Virus record (IMG/VR): IMGVR_UViG_3300042691_035156
Coordinates: 46,869 to 110,868 of that record
DNA from: a virus
Direction: 5' to 3' (one strand)
DNA length: 64,000 nt
The notes below the pieces were generated by a model. It saw only the letters and a program-made list of their open reading frames with translations. It was not told where the DNA came from and searched no databases. Positions 11,401 to 22,026 of the stretch are shown here, piece after piece; position 1 is the first letter of the stretch, and each line of letters begins with the position of its first letter. The position numbers and the translations under genes were made by a program.

Positions 11401-14400
11401 CCTACACCCGCTCCTTTTAGGTATGCATACGGATCACTGGGTAATTTTGTTCTGGCAAAAGGTATCAGCCATTCTTTAAATATGTTGAGAAAAAACTTTA
11501 CCTTATTATCGTTACTGTAAAATACCCACTTCGACGCAATTGGATGAGAAGCCAATTGTCCATAGGTGTACACGCTGCTGCTTATGTAGCTTACTATTTT
11601 TCCATCTAATCTTATTCCATCTAGCTCACAAGAGTCTGCGTCAATATATCGAAAACTAAGTTTTCTTCCTTTTCTATATGAAAGATCAATTGCGTCTTGT
11701 GTGCCACCTCTTGTTGTGCCAGCAGAAGAGGTAGTCGTTGCCGACGTTGTGCTTGACGCTGTTCTATATGAGACTTTATATTCGTCCCATCTTTCAGACT
11801 TTCCTATATCATTGGTAAAGTGAAAATTATTTAAAACATTTTTGGTTGTATCTTGATCAATAGCTAAGATGTCTGTTCTTGAATATATCTTTGATGAATA
11901 CCTGTATCGATTAAATGGAGATTCATCATTCAAGATTTGAATAGGAGAATCATCCATGCTTGCAACACTTACATACTGTCTTACGTTTGAGACTTGATTT
12001 ACTGGAGTAACACCCTTAAATGATCCAGAACCAGAAATTCTGGTTGCAAAAGGAACTTCCCAATTTAAAACATAAGAATTGTTAAATTCAGAAGTTTTGT
12101 TGTAGGCGTATTGAACGGCCAGATTAATATCGTAACTTTTTACTGGCTGAGACCCTTCAAGATAGTCTTTTGGAATTTTTCTAGAATCGTCTATTGGAGA
12201 CCTGTATTCGGATGATTCAATAACTGAATATGGATAGTCTATTGAAGAAAAGTCAAATTCAGGAGAAACAACCTTAGAGTAGGCGTCAACTAAAACTGGA
12301 CTGGAGGATCTGATTTGATTTAGGGCGGGTGATTTTATCTTGTAGACAGCGTAGGGTGACACTTCATCATTGATTCTTGGTGAATAAAAATATTCGCCTG
12401 AACTTAAAGAGTCAAAATTCAAAAATCCAACGTTAGTATTCGTGCACTCTATGTAAAATTCAACATTTGAAAAGTCTCTGTTTATTATTCCATTTCCTAT
12501 ATTAGAAATATTCCTCATGTCATTTGTCAATATGTCTGACAAAGAACTAGTTCCATTGACTTGTATTTCTCTAACAAAAAAGGATTGTGCTTCGTTAGCG
12601 TTTATATCCGTTGAGACCTCTGTTTTTGTTGAGAACTTGTGTACTAGCTTTTCTTGTTCTGACAAAACAGTTATCTTTCCATTTTTTAAGACACCATTGA
12701 TTGTCCAAGAGTTTCTCCAAGGAGAAACATGCCAAAGAATTGATGACTCATAATTAAATTTATTAGAATTTGCTATCCTTACCTTAATGCTTTGGCTGAT
12801 TATATTCTGAAACAATTTACAGGCACCTTCTGTAACTGGAACAATCGTTGCAGAGTCTTGATTGATTTGATTTAGTGCGCCGGCATTTCTAGCTGGAGCG
12901 CCTATTCCTCCACTGAAAATGTCATTAACAAAATGACCAATTGAAGACGCAGAGAAGTAAACGCTGGGAAGATCTACTGTTGCCTGAGAAGACATTGTAG
13001 TGAAGCCAAACAGTTTTCTGTATATCAGAACATCTTCATTAACACTGGCAATTGATTTTGTAGATAAAACACTCCAACTATCTGAGGTGTCAAAAACGGA
13101 AAGTTGGACAGGAAAATAATTTGGAGTAGCACCATCTTTACTCAGCAGCTGTTTTCTTCTTCCAAAAATTCCATAGTCAGCTATTGAATTTTCCTCGTGA
13201 AATTCGCTCATATTCCAACCGTTAAACGAGTCTTTGCCATTTTTGAACGAATCATTTAACTTAATAAGACCACTTTCAGTTACAATTTTGTCATAGTTAA
13301 ATCCAAAATATTGTAAACCGTTTTCGGATGCAGAACCCATATTCAGTAGAGAGCAATCAATAAATACAGACGTTCCGTTCTGAAGCCAATGAGACACTTT
13401 ATAATACTGATCTTCTGTAATGGTTCCTATTGGTGTCCAGAACAGAATGTCGTAATCTCTGTATATATTTTCTTTATTATCTAGATCAACTGTCCAATGA
13501 TTTTTTGATAACTTATTGTCGTCCTCTGCATATGGATTGTAAAAATTCATATTGAGATTGTTTGTTTCGTACATTTCCATATTGGAAAAAACAAATGGAT
13601 AGGGCGCATCCCCAGACGAAGAAGAGTATATAACCGCAGCTTTTACTTTTATTTTTTCTTCGTTTAAATATATATTACTTACAGAAGATATATCGGTATT
13701 AATTTTTGCAACCAGTCTCCAGTTAAATGTCTGAAAAGTTCTTGGATCTTGTATAGCCTTTTTGGGAACAATTCCCTTCCATCCAGCGTACTTAAATTGC
13801 CTATTTGTAAGTTCATTTTCTTTTTGAGAAAACAATTGTGTTGAATAAATTCTTCTTTCTGATGAAGAATCATCCATTACTTCTGTTTCTTCTAAAACTT
13901 TTGTATAAAAATGTTGTGTGTTTATTATTTCTTTAAACCCTAGAAACTGTTCTTTTGCTAGAGCGTCTTTTGTGATTTCATACTTGTCGTAAACAAGACT
14001 TAAACCAACCGGATCAGCGTCATCTAGAATAACAATTATTCTATAAAAGGAAGTTTGCGCCTGCGCAACATTTGCATTTGTAGCATATCTCTCTAGCAGG
14101 ATTTGATATCTGTTAGTTCCATCTGGATTTAAATATTTATTACCAGAAGAATCAACAACTCTTATATTTAGCTCGTCTGGATTTTTGATTCTTGATGGAG
14201 AATTTAAGCCAGAGTACTCTGTGATTGAGGAGTTTTGAAGTGTAAAGAACCTACTCACATAATAACTGTGAATAAAAAGATTTTCTGAAAGTTCATTAAT
14301 CTTGTCTGTAAAATCGAAGTTTCCATCATAGGAATTTAAAAATTTATTACTAACAGATATCTCTGAGTTGTTTAATATTGGTGAATGTTTTATTTCACCT

Positions 14401-14655
14401 TTTTGAGTATCATCATTTGCATATCTTAGAACACCAAACTCATCAGCATACATTATCGAATCTGATTCACTTGATGTTTGTGCAGATACGTTTTCTGGTA
14501 TTGAAGAGGAAAGGTCAAGAACACTTAAGTGATTGCTGGGCGTAACTTCTTCCGAGGAGTACCATCCGCAAATTTATTGCGTCTGGAGGCAGTGTTGTGC
14601 CCTTTTTGACTGCTGCTTCTTTTTTGTTATCTGTTAAATTATCAAAAGCTCTCAT
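8433..14655 (-). CDS. Giant baseplate/tail protein with peptidoglycan-binding (PG_binding_1-like) domain; ~2073 aa via +1 shift at 14568
   Basis: ATG at 14655 just after upstream stop; 29 codons, then CGG-A; +1 frame is open into the 2006-aa ORF. PG-binding motif VKYIQYTL..DGVYGPKT..V..FQ...VDGIVD..T at ~11100-11260. Confidence 0.75.
14565..14568 (-). other. CGGA +1 frameshift site A (codon 30)
   Basis: AAT TTG [C]GGA TGG TAC; zero frame stops at 14515-14517. Confidence 0.8.
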
Positions 14656-14658
14656 CAA

Positions 14659-17600
14659 CTAGTCCTCTTCAAAATCGGGATGAAGATCGTTTAAGCTTGC
14701 CGCAGTGTTTGGCGTGCTTCCAAGAAGGCCAATCTTATACTGAGTAAATCTGTCAATTGGATACCAGACTGGCAAGTCGTAGGAAGAAGGTGTTGCATTG
14801 GAATCGTAGAATACATCAAAGCCAATTTCGTCTGTCTTAAAAACTGGATCTTCATCATACAAAACATATTCTGCGTCTGTTTGAGGTCTGGGTATATAGA
14901 CCGGCTCTTCTGAGTTTGCTTGGCTAGCATCGTACTTTTCATACCAATAAACTATGTCTCCAGCTATAGTAACAGGCTCAGCGCTTAGAACTGACAACAT
15001 ATCACTTTCAACCCCAACGTACCAGTATCCAGGTGTGGCATCGTTTTGGGCAACAAAGGGACCAATTTTAAACATACCAGCTGAGTCTGCCTGGACAGCG
15101 CCGGCAGCACTTGATTGACCAGGGGTGGCAAGACTGTTTGAATAGTCGTGAACAAAAACTCCTGGAAGGTTTCTTGCCTTCCTCCAGTATACATAGGAGT
15201 TGGGAGTTGACTTCCCATAAATTTCAACAGAGTCTGTCGAATTAGCTGTTATAATCTTCTTTGTTGTTTGAGCCAGAATCTTTGGAGAAGAACTAACGCT
15301 GGGCATTAGCCAGTAGTTGACGGTAGCAGATATTAGGTTCGACTCGCTGTTTTCATTGGCAAAAACATTTGGGCTGCTTAGACCAGTAATATATATAGAT
15401 GATTCTTGAGAAACAGATGTTGGAGATCCAGAATAGGATACTTTAGAGAATCCAAAACCATCTTTATCGGTTGTTACATATTGAGGATCTGAGGCGATTT
15501 GGGTTCCAGTTATTGCGAAAGTTTGATTTGGTTTTGGATTTGAGTTTGTATCTTTTGAGAATATATTAAGAACAATATAATCATTGCCATCAGATAATAG
15601 TTTTGCAGGAGAGACGAATGCATCAACAGAATTTGCTGTATAGCTACTGTGAGAAAGGTATAAATAACCTTCGTCTACAGCTCCATATAATGGGTTGAGA
15701 TAAACTCCATCAAGTTCATAGTCCCTATCATATATTGAGGACTCGTAGTTAACGGTTGCGCTGTAAGTGCCGTTGGGAGTTGAGGACAAAGTAATCCTTG
15801 ACCTGTAAGAATCGGTTAAGTTGTCATAAATTTGATTGTCGAGCACAAATGCGTTACGAACCCTGTAGGATACCCTATAGTTTCTGCCAACAACAAAAGA
15901 ATTATGTTGCTCAAGAATGTTAGTGATAGAACCTAATCCTGAAACTACCGTTGCGCCCGTGTGAGTGTCTTCGACTGTTGCATCAAAGTAGTCACTGTAG
16001 GCCAAAAGTAGATAGTCTTTATTTTTTGCGGTTATATATTCGAAGTTATATAGCGAATACTGTGATGGTGTAGCCTCATCAAAGAAAGACACCTGCCTAT
16101 ACTGAACAGGAGTGGATCCACTTGCTTGAACAGTGACTATTGCTGGAGCGCCATTTCTAACCACAGAAGACAGATCGTGAGAATCATCAGTATTCCAAGA
16201 TTCAACAACAGACTTTGCGTATATGAATCCTGCTTCTCCATCTTGGTAGTACCATCCAGTTTTGATTGAAGGAATTACTTTTTCTTCTTGAGCGGATATA
16301 TACTGAGCCCTTATCTTAATGTCCTTAAGAATGATCTGATCTAATTCTTCATCATAAAAGTTAAGATTTTGAATTCCAGTAGTATCGTTTGAATTATCTT
16401 GCCAAATATAAACATTGTCGTTTTCATGCAATATTTCAACTGATCGAACAATTAAATTTTCATCTTCTTCATACTCTTCAAGACCAAAATCAGATCTATA
16501 CAAAGTGTATTCTCCTACTAGATCTGTTTTTTTATTTTGAAGATTGTCGTAATTAGAATCTGGAGAAGAGCCTACGACACCCTGTTCCGACAAGTAAAAG
16601 CTAAACTCATCATAGTGTGTTGCTTCAAAGTTTTCCCAAACCTTATATTCAAAAGGATAATAGCCTGATTCCGGTGCATATACTTTTATAAAATCTGGTG
16701 TCGCATTATATGGAAACTTCGTTTCAACAAAGTAATAGTTATGAGTTGAGCCCTCAACGCCAACATAGTGATTGTGTTGGTCAGGTGTAGCAAAGTTTGC
16801 GTTAACAAACCCGAGAAGCAAGCTGGGGGAAGATGGGATAAGGTGCGTTAGATTTTCTTGTCTATTGACGGAAACTCCTCCGTAGCCAACATATGGAGCT
16901 GAGGAATTATCAACATCATAATCGGAGGACACCACATTGTCAATGTGAACATATATAGGAGTTGCTTTGTTGGGTAACAAGAAGTTATTTTTTATATCAG
17001 AAGGATATATAATAACATCATTTGTTTCAGAAAGTTTATTGCTTTTATTTACTGTATTTCCAAAAGCTGAAGATCTTACTCTTTCTGTTTCAGAGATTCT
17101 TCTTTTTACTGGATCCCATATCCTGGAAGATAGTTGCAGTCTTGCAAGCAAAGGATCGACCGTAGTTATTGACCTTGAAACAGTTGAAGGTGTGCTGTCA
17201 ATTATGTTACTGGGCGTTGCTCCAGCAAATCTTATCCATCCATAATTTCCTGTTGCTCCAAATTGATTGCTTGCACTGAAAAAGCTTATCTGCATTTGGT
17301 TAACGGCATAAAATGGAATCTGAGATATATTATAAGATTCGGTTGCAGAAACTTCAATTGTATTTTGGTATGGGTTTCCTTCTTGGTTTGCAAAAACTAT
17401 TGAGGAATCAGAAAATAATGTTGGACCAAATATGTCCCTATATATGTATTCTGGTGAAGCAGGGCTGTTCTGATCGTAAGTGTTCTTAACGACGTCAACC
17501 AAGTTCGCAGAGTAGGTTGACGTTGTCTCGATAATTCCGTGAGGTTGAAGAGTTAGTGCAACTTCATAATTGATAGTCGCTGAACCATTATCTATATAGT

Positions 17601-19341
17601 CCTCATAATAAGAAACATAAGAATCATACTCAACTTTAATTGGTTCTTTGGCCAGTTCAGTAGAGTCACTCTTTATTCCTTTTATTTTAAGCTCAAAAGA
17701 ATACTCGTTTATATCTTGTTCAAGTTTTTCAAGAATTAGCTTTGCGTCATCAAAGTCGCCTACTCCCGGTTGATAGTATATAGAATCAACTGTTGCTGCG
17801 TCGGCTATTTGTGATATCGAAGAAACGCCCTCTTGCTTTGAGCCTGCGTAATCCCAATACGTTTCCCCCCACTTTGCATAGCCTATGTTGGATGGAAATC
17901 TTGTGTTTATGTCTTCAACAAAGTTACGAAAATCTTGTGTTGGATTATTGTTAAAATCAGAATATCTTGGGCTTGCTTGTGCAATCTCGGATATTTCTAT
18001 AATCTCTGGTGTTGCTCCAACATAATTTGAATCTGGAGTTGAACCAAATGCTCTCCAAATATCGAGCTCTCTTCTAAGTGTCCTCTTCAATCCTTCTACA
18101 TCAACTGATGGCGGGTTTAGGTATACATCAAGAATTCTTTTTTTAAAGTTTAAGTTGTTTTCAAGATAGAGTCTTTGCAAGCCAACTCTAAGTCCAAGTT
18201 CATCAAATGAGTTAAAGTTCTGAAACGGAATCTGCTCAACAGAATCTCCATCAACCTCAAGAGTAATAAATGGTCTTATAGTTATTAGTCGCTGAGCAAC
18301 GAAGTCATAGTAAAAAACATACTCGTTAAAGCTTGTTTGAAACAAGTCTGTATAGCTTGCTACCCTTGCTAGCTCAAGACCGTCTCCAACAACTTTAATA
18401 AAACCTGGCCTTACATTTGTTGCAACGTAGGTCCAAGCAACCTGGTTGACGTCTGCTGTAGAAATAAAGGAGTTAATTTCTATTTCTGAAACTAGCTCAT
18501 CTACTTTATCAAGATCTTCGCCAAGTACTGAGTTGATTATTTTGCCAGCTTGACTTTCTGGAAGGGCAATCTCTGGAGTCGCCCTTTCCAATGAATCTGA
18601 ATACATCTTTGTCCAAGATGGAAACCTTGATAATACATTTCTTGCATGGTCGGTTATCACTGGACTTACTATTTCTGCTATATTCATTTGCATTAATAGA
18701 AGGAGGTTTGCATCGTCTAAGTCTGAGTCTGATACAAAATTAATTATTACCTTTAAATATCTTTTAATATTTGTTAGGAACAGTACATTATTGTTGCTTT
18801 CGACAAATGCTATTTGTTGCCACTCAGAGTCTGTTGCGTTTGGATTATCGGATGATAAGATTTTTAAAGAGAAAGTAGGATTTTCCAATCCTGGCAGGTT
18901 AGTAAATGAGTGCTTGTAACCCACAAGGTCAATCTGACTACTTGTATCAACAAATCTTAAATAAGAATCTACAAATTGATCTGGGTTTAAAATTGATTGA
19001 TCTGGATTTTCTAAATCAAAAAGAAAGAAGTCTGCAACTTGTTGATCATAGTTGTACAGATAGTATGGGGTCCAATCAGGGTCTCTTACTACCTCTCCAT
19101 AATTAGTGACCTTGTACGCATTGTTTAGTGTTGGAGTTGCCGAAGAGGTAGCATAGTTTGGGGAAGAAACTTCTGTTCCTACAAAAGTGTAATTTCCAAG
19201 TTCATTTAAACCATAAGGAGATCTATATGTTGAGTAGTTTGTATAGAATCTATTTGAGTATAGATCAAAAGAAGAAGAGGTCCAAGTTTTGCCACTTATT
19301 GCAAAATCTGAATTGTTTAAAGCTAAGAAATAAGTTTTCAT
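14659..19341 (-). CDS. Large baseplate wedge-type protein with C-terminal Ig-like domains; ATP-motif rich
   Basis: 1560 aa immediately downstream of baseplate J; Big_1-like segment (LSDGNDYIVLNIFSKDTNSNPKPNQTF); 11 ATP and 6 STP tripeptides. Confidence 0.65.
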   Translation of the reverse strand: MKTYFLALNNSDFAISGKTWTSSSFDLYSNRFYTNYSTYRSPYGLNELGNYTFVGTEVSSPNYATSSATPTLNNAYKVTNYGEVVRDPDWTPYYLYNYDQQVADFFLFDLENPDQSILNPDQFVDSYLRFVDTSSQIDLVGYKHSFTNLPGLENPTFSLKILSSDNPNATDSEWQQIAFVESNNNVLFLTNIKRYLKVIINFVSDSDLDDANLLLLMQMNIAEIVSPVITDHARNVLSRFPSWTKMYSDSLERATPEIALPESQAGKIINSVLGEDLDKVDELVSEIEINSFISTADVNQVAWTYVATNVRPGFIKVVGDGLELARVASYTDLFQTSFNEYVFYYDFVAQRLITIRPFITLEVDGDSVEQIPFQNFNSFDELGLRVGLQRLYLENNLNFKKRILDVYLNPPSVDVEGLKRTLRRELDIWRAFGSTPDSNYVGATPEIIEISEIAQASPRYSDFNNNPTQDFRNFVEDINTRFPSNIGYAKWGETYWDYAGSKQEGVSSISQIADAATVDSIYYQPGVGDFDDAKLILEKLEQDINEYSFELKIKGIKSDSTELAKEPIKVEYDSYVSYYEDYIDNGSATINYEVALTLQPHGIIETTSTYSANLVDVVKNTYDQNSPASPEYIYRDIFGPTLFSDSSIVFANQEGNPYQNTIEVSATESYNISQIPFYAVNQMQISFFSASNQFGATGNYGWIRFAGATPSNIIDSTPSTVSRSITTVDPLLARLQLSSRIWDPVKRRISETERVRSSAFGNTVNKSNKLSETNDVIIYPSDIKNNFLLPNKATPIYVHIDNVVSSDYDVDNSSAPYVGYGGVSVNRQENLTHLIPSSPSLLLGFVNANFATPDQHNHYVGVEGSTHNYYFVETKFPYNATPDFIKVYAPESGYYPFEYKVWENFEATHYDEFSFYLSEQGVVGSSPDSNYDNLQNKKTDLVGEYTLYRSDFGLEEYEEDENLIVRSVEILHENDNVYIWQDNSNDTTGIQNLNFYDEELDQIILKDIKIRAQYISAQEEKVIPSIKTGWYYQDGEAGFIYAKSVVESWNTDDSHDLSSVVRNGAPAIVTVQASGSTPVQYRQVSFFDEATPSQYSLYNFEYITAKNKDYLLLAYSDYFDATVEDTHTGATVVSGLGSITNILEQHNSFVVGRNYRVSYRVRNAFVLDNQIYDNLTDSYRSRITLSSTPNGTYSATVNYESSIYDRDYELDGVYLNPLYGAVDEGYLYLSHSSYTANSVDAFVSPAKLLSDGNDYIVLNIFSKDTNSNPKPNQTFAITGTQIASDPQYVTTDKDGFGFSKVSYSGSPTSVSQESSIYITGLSSPNVFANENSESNLISATVNYWLMPSVSSSPKILAQTTKKIITANSTDSVEIYGKSTPNSYVYWRKARNLPGVFVHDYSNSLATPGQSSAAGAVQADSAGMFKIGPFVAQNDATPGYWYVGVESDMLSVLSAEPVTIAGDIVYWYEKYDASQANSEEPVYIPRPQTDAEYVLYDEDPVFKTDEIGFDVFYDSNATPSSYDLPVWYPIDRFTQYKIGLLGSTPNTAASLNDLHPDFEED

Positions 19342-19372
19342 TTACCTAGGACCGTATTCTTTATTAAATAAA

Positions 19373-20542
19373 TTAATAATTTACAGATGACATTATAACA
19401 GAAAATACTGAAACAGTTCCTGCAATCATGTACTTTCTGTCATCATTTATTCTATAAATACCTTTTGGTATTTCTTCTCCATTTACTGATACACTTAAAA
19501 TATTTACAGATTTAATATAATCAGACGACAATCTAGCCTGCATCTCTATATCCCCAAAGGATATGCTGTCTCCTATTGTCTTTGAATTTAAATATCTGGA
19601 TAAAAATAGATTGGCTTGATTTTCAATTCCAGTAACTGTTTTTTCATTTAGCCCCGCAGGAAGCACTATGCTAACTGCGACATTTACAGGAGTTCTTTCT
19701 GCTATGCGAGCATTTAGTCTTACTCCAACTGGCTTAACTTCATACAAAGCTGACACCACTGTGTTTGCCAAGTCTGTTGTTACCCTTTGTGACTCTGGCA
19801 CTATTATGACATCACATGAACCAAGGCCATAAGAGGACTCCCTAATCCTAACGTCTCTTACACCTTTTACGCCTAGTGCTCTTAATCTTATTGATTCTGC
19901 TGTTCCAAAAGAGTTGCTTTTAATTGCTTTAGCGATTCTTCTTCTGAACAACTCGTCTGACTCCATGTTTATCATAGAGTAAACTTCTTTAGGGTTTGAA
20001 CAGAAAACCACAACACCATCAGCAGAAATAAAGTTGTGTCTTGTTAATGTATTTTTTGAAGCAGTAAAGTCGTTGCCCATAAAATTAGGAACAACCCTTC
20101 CATAAGCCCTAGTTGTTCCTAGTTGTATGGTTACGTCTCCAACAAGCCTATATTGGTATTGATTGCTTGAAAAGTCTGTTACGTCATTAAACACCAATGT
20201 GTTGCTAGGTATTGTGATTGCAGAGGAGTGCGGTGCTGAAATAGCAAACTCAATATTAAAACTTGCTCTCTCGTCTTGCACCTCTTCAGACACAGACCTT
20301 CTAAATACACCATATAAATCACCTATAAGATCAAGAGCCCTTCCAGTTGCGGTAGACAAAGAAGCTTGGTCAACACTAAACTTTATAGCCTCATAAAGAT
20401 CGCCTATCTCAACAGCCATTGCCTCAGCTAAAGCTTTTGCTATTGACCCAGGATAGGTGGCTGTAATGCCAGCATTTCTTTGGAGTGCGCTAAGTATATT
20501 GGATAGAATTTGTTGTTTTGATTTTGAATAGGTTATGGACAT
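19373..20542 (-). CDS. Baseplate J-like wedge protein (P2 gpJ / T4 gp6 family)
   Basis: 389 aa; PGSIAKAL.EA, LSTATGRALDLIG, ESDELFRRRI, GTAESI...V.GV motifs. Confidence 0.9.
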   Translation of the reverse strand: MSITYSKSKQQILSNILSALQRNAGITATYPGSIAKALAEAMAVEIGDLYEAIKFSVDQASLSTATGRALDLIGDLYGVFRRSVSEEVQDERASFNIEFAISAPHSSAITIPSNTLVFNDVTDFSSNQYQYRLVGDVTIQLGTTRAYGRVVPNFMGNDFTASKNTLTRHNFISADGVVVFCSNPKEVYSMINMESDELFRRRIAKAIKSNSFGTAESIRLRALGVKGVRDVRIRESSYGLGSCDVIIVPESQRVTTDLANTVVSALYEVKPVGVRLNARIAERTPVNVAVSIVLPAGLNEKTVTGIENQANLFLSRYLNSKTIGDSISFGDIEMQARLSSDYIKSVNILSVSVNGEEIPKGIYRINDDRKYMIAGTVSVFSVIMSSVNY

Positions 20543-20553
20543 TTTTTAATCTC

Positions 20554-20931
20554 CTAATTAAGATCTTGGGTTACTGATATAGTTACTGGCTCAGCGCTAT
20601 TGTCTCTAACCTGAACGTCAAATCTAATTGCAGTTCTTGATACTGGCACAGCTTCAATGACCATGTTCCTGTCAGCAAAGACTCCCTCCCTAACAAGCGC
20701 TTGCCTGATTAGTCTCCTACCAATGTCTCCTGTTGCTTTTGACTGCGGCATTCCATAGAGCATATTGAGGTCGCAACCAAGCTGGGGGTATGAATAAAAA
20801 TCTCCTGGCTCTGTCATCAGCCTAATATAAATTTGCTGAACGTCAGAATGAGCCCTTGTTTGAGTAAGGGCTATGTCTTTATTTGGAGTAATCTTAATAT
20901 CTCCACTTAAATCCAAATAAAAATCAGACAT
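20554..20931 (-). CDS. gp25/gpW-like baseplate wedge / sheath initiator
   Basis: 125 aa; QQIYIRLMTEPGDFYSYPQLGCDL motif; directly upstream of baseplate J. Confidence 0.85.
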   Translation of the reverse strand: MSDFYLDLSGDIKITPNKDIALTQTRAHSDVQQIYIRLMTEPGDFYSYPQLGCDLNMLYGMPQSKATGDIGRRLIRQALVREGVFADRNMVIEAVPVSRTAIRFDVQVRDNSAEPVTISVTQDLN

Positions 20932-20942
20932 TTTAATTTATC

Positions 20943-21647
20943 CTATTCATCTCTTATCCAAGGAAAGTCTTCCAGATCATCTTCTATCCAAGGAAAATCT
21001 TCTAGTGTGTCGCTTATTTCGTAATCTTCATTTTCTATTTTGTCTATGGCATCGGAGAAACTGTAGCCAGCTTGCAGAAACTCAATGAGCCTATCAACAT
21101 CAGATTGCGCATTTGTCTTTGCAAACTGATCAACAAGCTGTTGCTGCTCTGCTGTTATACCCCTTTGCTCAGGGCCAAAATCAGGTTGAGCCAGGGCGTT
21201 GTCGCTTAGGCCATACCTTCCTCCTATAGTAACTGGATTTATATCTTCTTCCTCAACTAAATTGTCTAAATTATTTAAATAATAGTTTGTATTATAAAAA
21301 GCTGGGTTATTAGCAAATGGGTTTGTTTTAATTAAGGCTGGCTCGTTGTAGGTGTCTGAAGACGGGTTAAAGGACATATTGTTCCACCTAAGGCCATCAT
21401 CTTCTTTGCTGTAAATTTTAACAGTATCTGCAAAAAAAGATATACTTCTAGTGCTTGGGTTAATGACTATCCCAACACCAGGTGCGGCAAATATTTCAAT
21501 TTCTCCAGAATCTGCTATTTTAACAAATGCTTTATTATCCGGATGATTTAAGCCTACTTCTCTACTTGAAAAATGCTTTCTTTTTCGAAGCTCAAATGCC
21601 TCACTGAAAGGTTTCTGTTGTTCATTTTCATTTTCATAATCGTACAT
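20943..21647 (-). CDS. Probable baseplate spike-associated protein (gpV/gp5 beta-strand-repeat-like)
   Basis: GLNHPDNKAFVKIADSGEIEIFAAPGVGIVINP; position before gp25; acidic tail with duplicated LEDFPWI. Confidence 0.5.
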   Translation of the reverse strand: MYDYENENEQQKPFSEAFELRKRKHFSSREVGLNHPDNKAFVKIADSGEIEIFAAPGVGIVINPSTRSISFFADTVKIYSKEDDGLRWNNMSFNPSSDTYNEPALIKTNPFANNPAFYNTNYYLNNLDNLVEEEDINPVTIGGRYGLSDNALAQPDFGPEQRGITAEQQQLVDQFAKTNAQSDVDRLIEFLQAGYSFSDAIDKIENEDYEISDTLEDFPWIEDDLEDFPWIRDE

Positions 21648-21650
21648 AAT

Positions 21651-22016
21651 TTACACCATAAACTTTGGTATGCCAGTGTCAGAAACGCTATTGTTCATGT
21701 TTTTTGCAGTATCATAAGGATCCATGAAAAAAGTTAAAATATAAGGATCTCTTTCTGAGTCACTTCTAAAGCCGACAAGGCACCTAAGTCCTCCGTGTGG
21801 AGCAACGGTTTGAATGCCATAATTAAATGGGCACGGCACATTATTTACTATATCCCCTACTGTCCCAGCATACTTTTCATCAAGTAAGACTGTTGCGGTA
21901 TTGGTTGACTTATCATAGCTGATAACTACGCCTGGACGCGTTCTTGTTTGTTCAAACTTTTTAGCTGTTATTTGATCATTAATTTTTTGATCAAACTTTG
22001 GATATATCATTGCCAT
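21651..22016 (-). CDS. Probable baseplate spike N-terminal OB-fold protein
   Basis: Start moved to ATG 22016 (AGGA RBS, no overlap); RPGVVISYDKSTNTATV...NVPCP...GLRCLVGF pattern is typical of gpV/gp5 OB folds. Confidence 0.6.
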   Translation of the reverse strand: MAMIYPKFDQKINDQITAKKFEQTRTRPGVVISYDKSTNTATVLLDEKYAGTVGDIVNNVPCPFNYGIQTVAPHGGLRCLVGFRSDSERDPYILTFFMDPYDTAKNMNNSVSDTGIPKFMV

Positions 22017-22026
22017 AAAATTCTTC

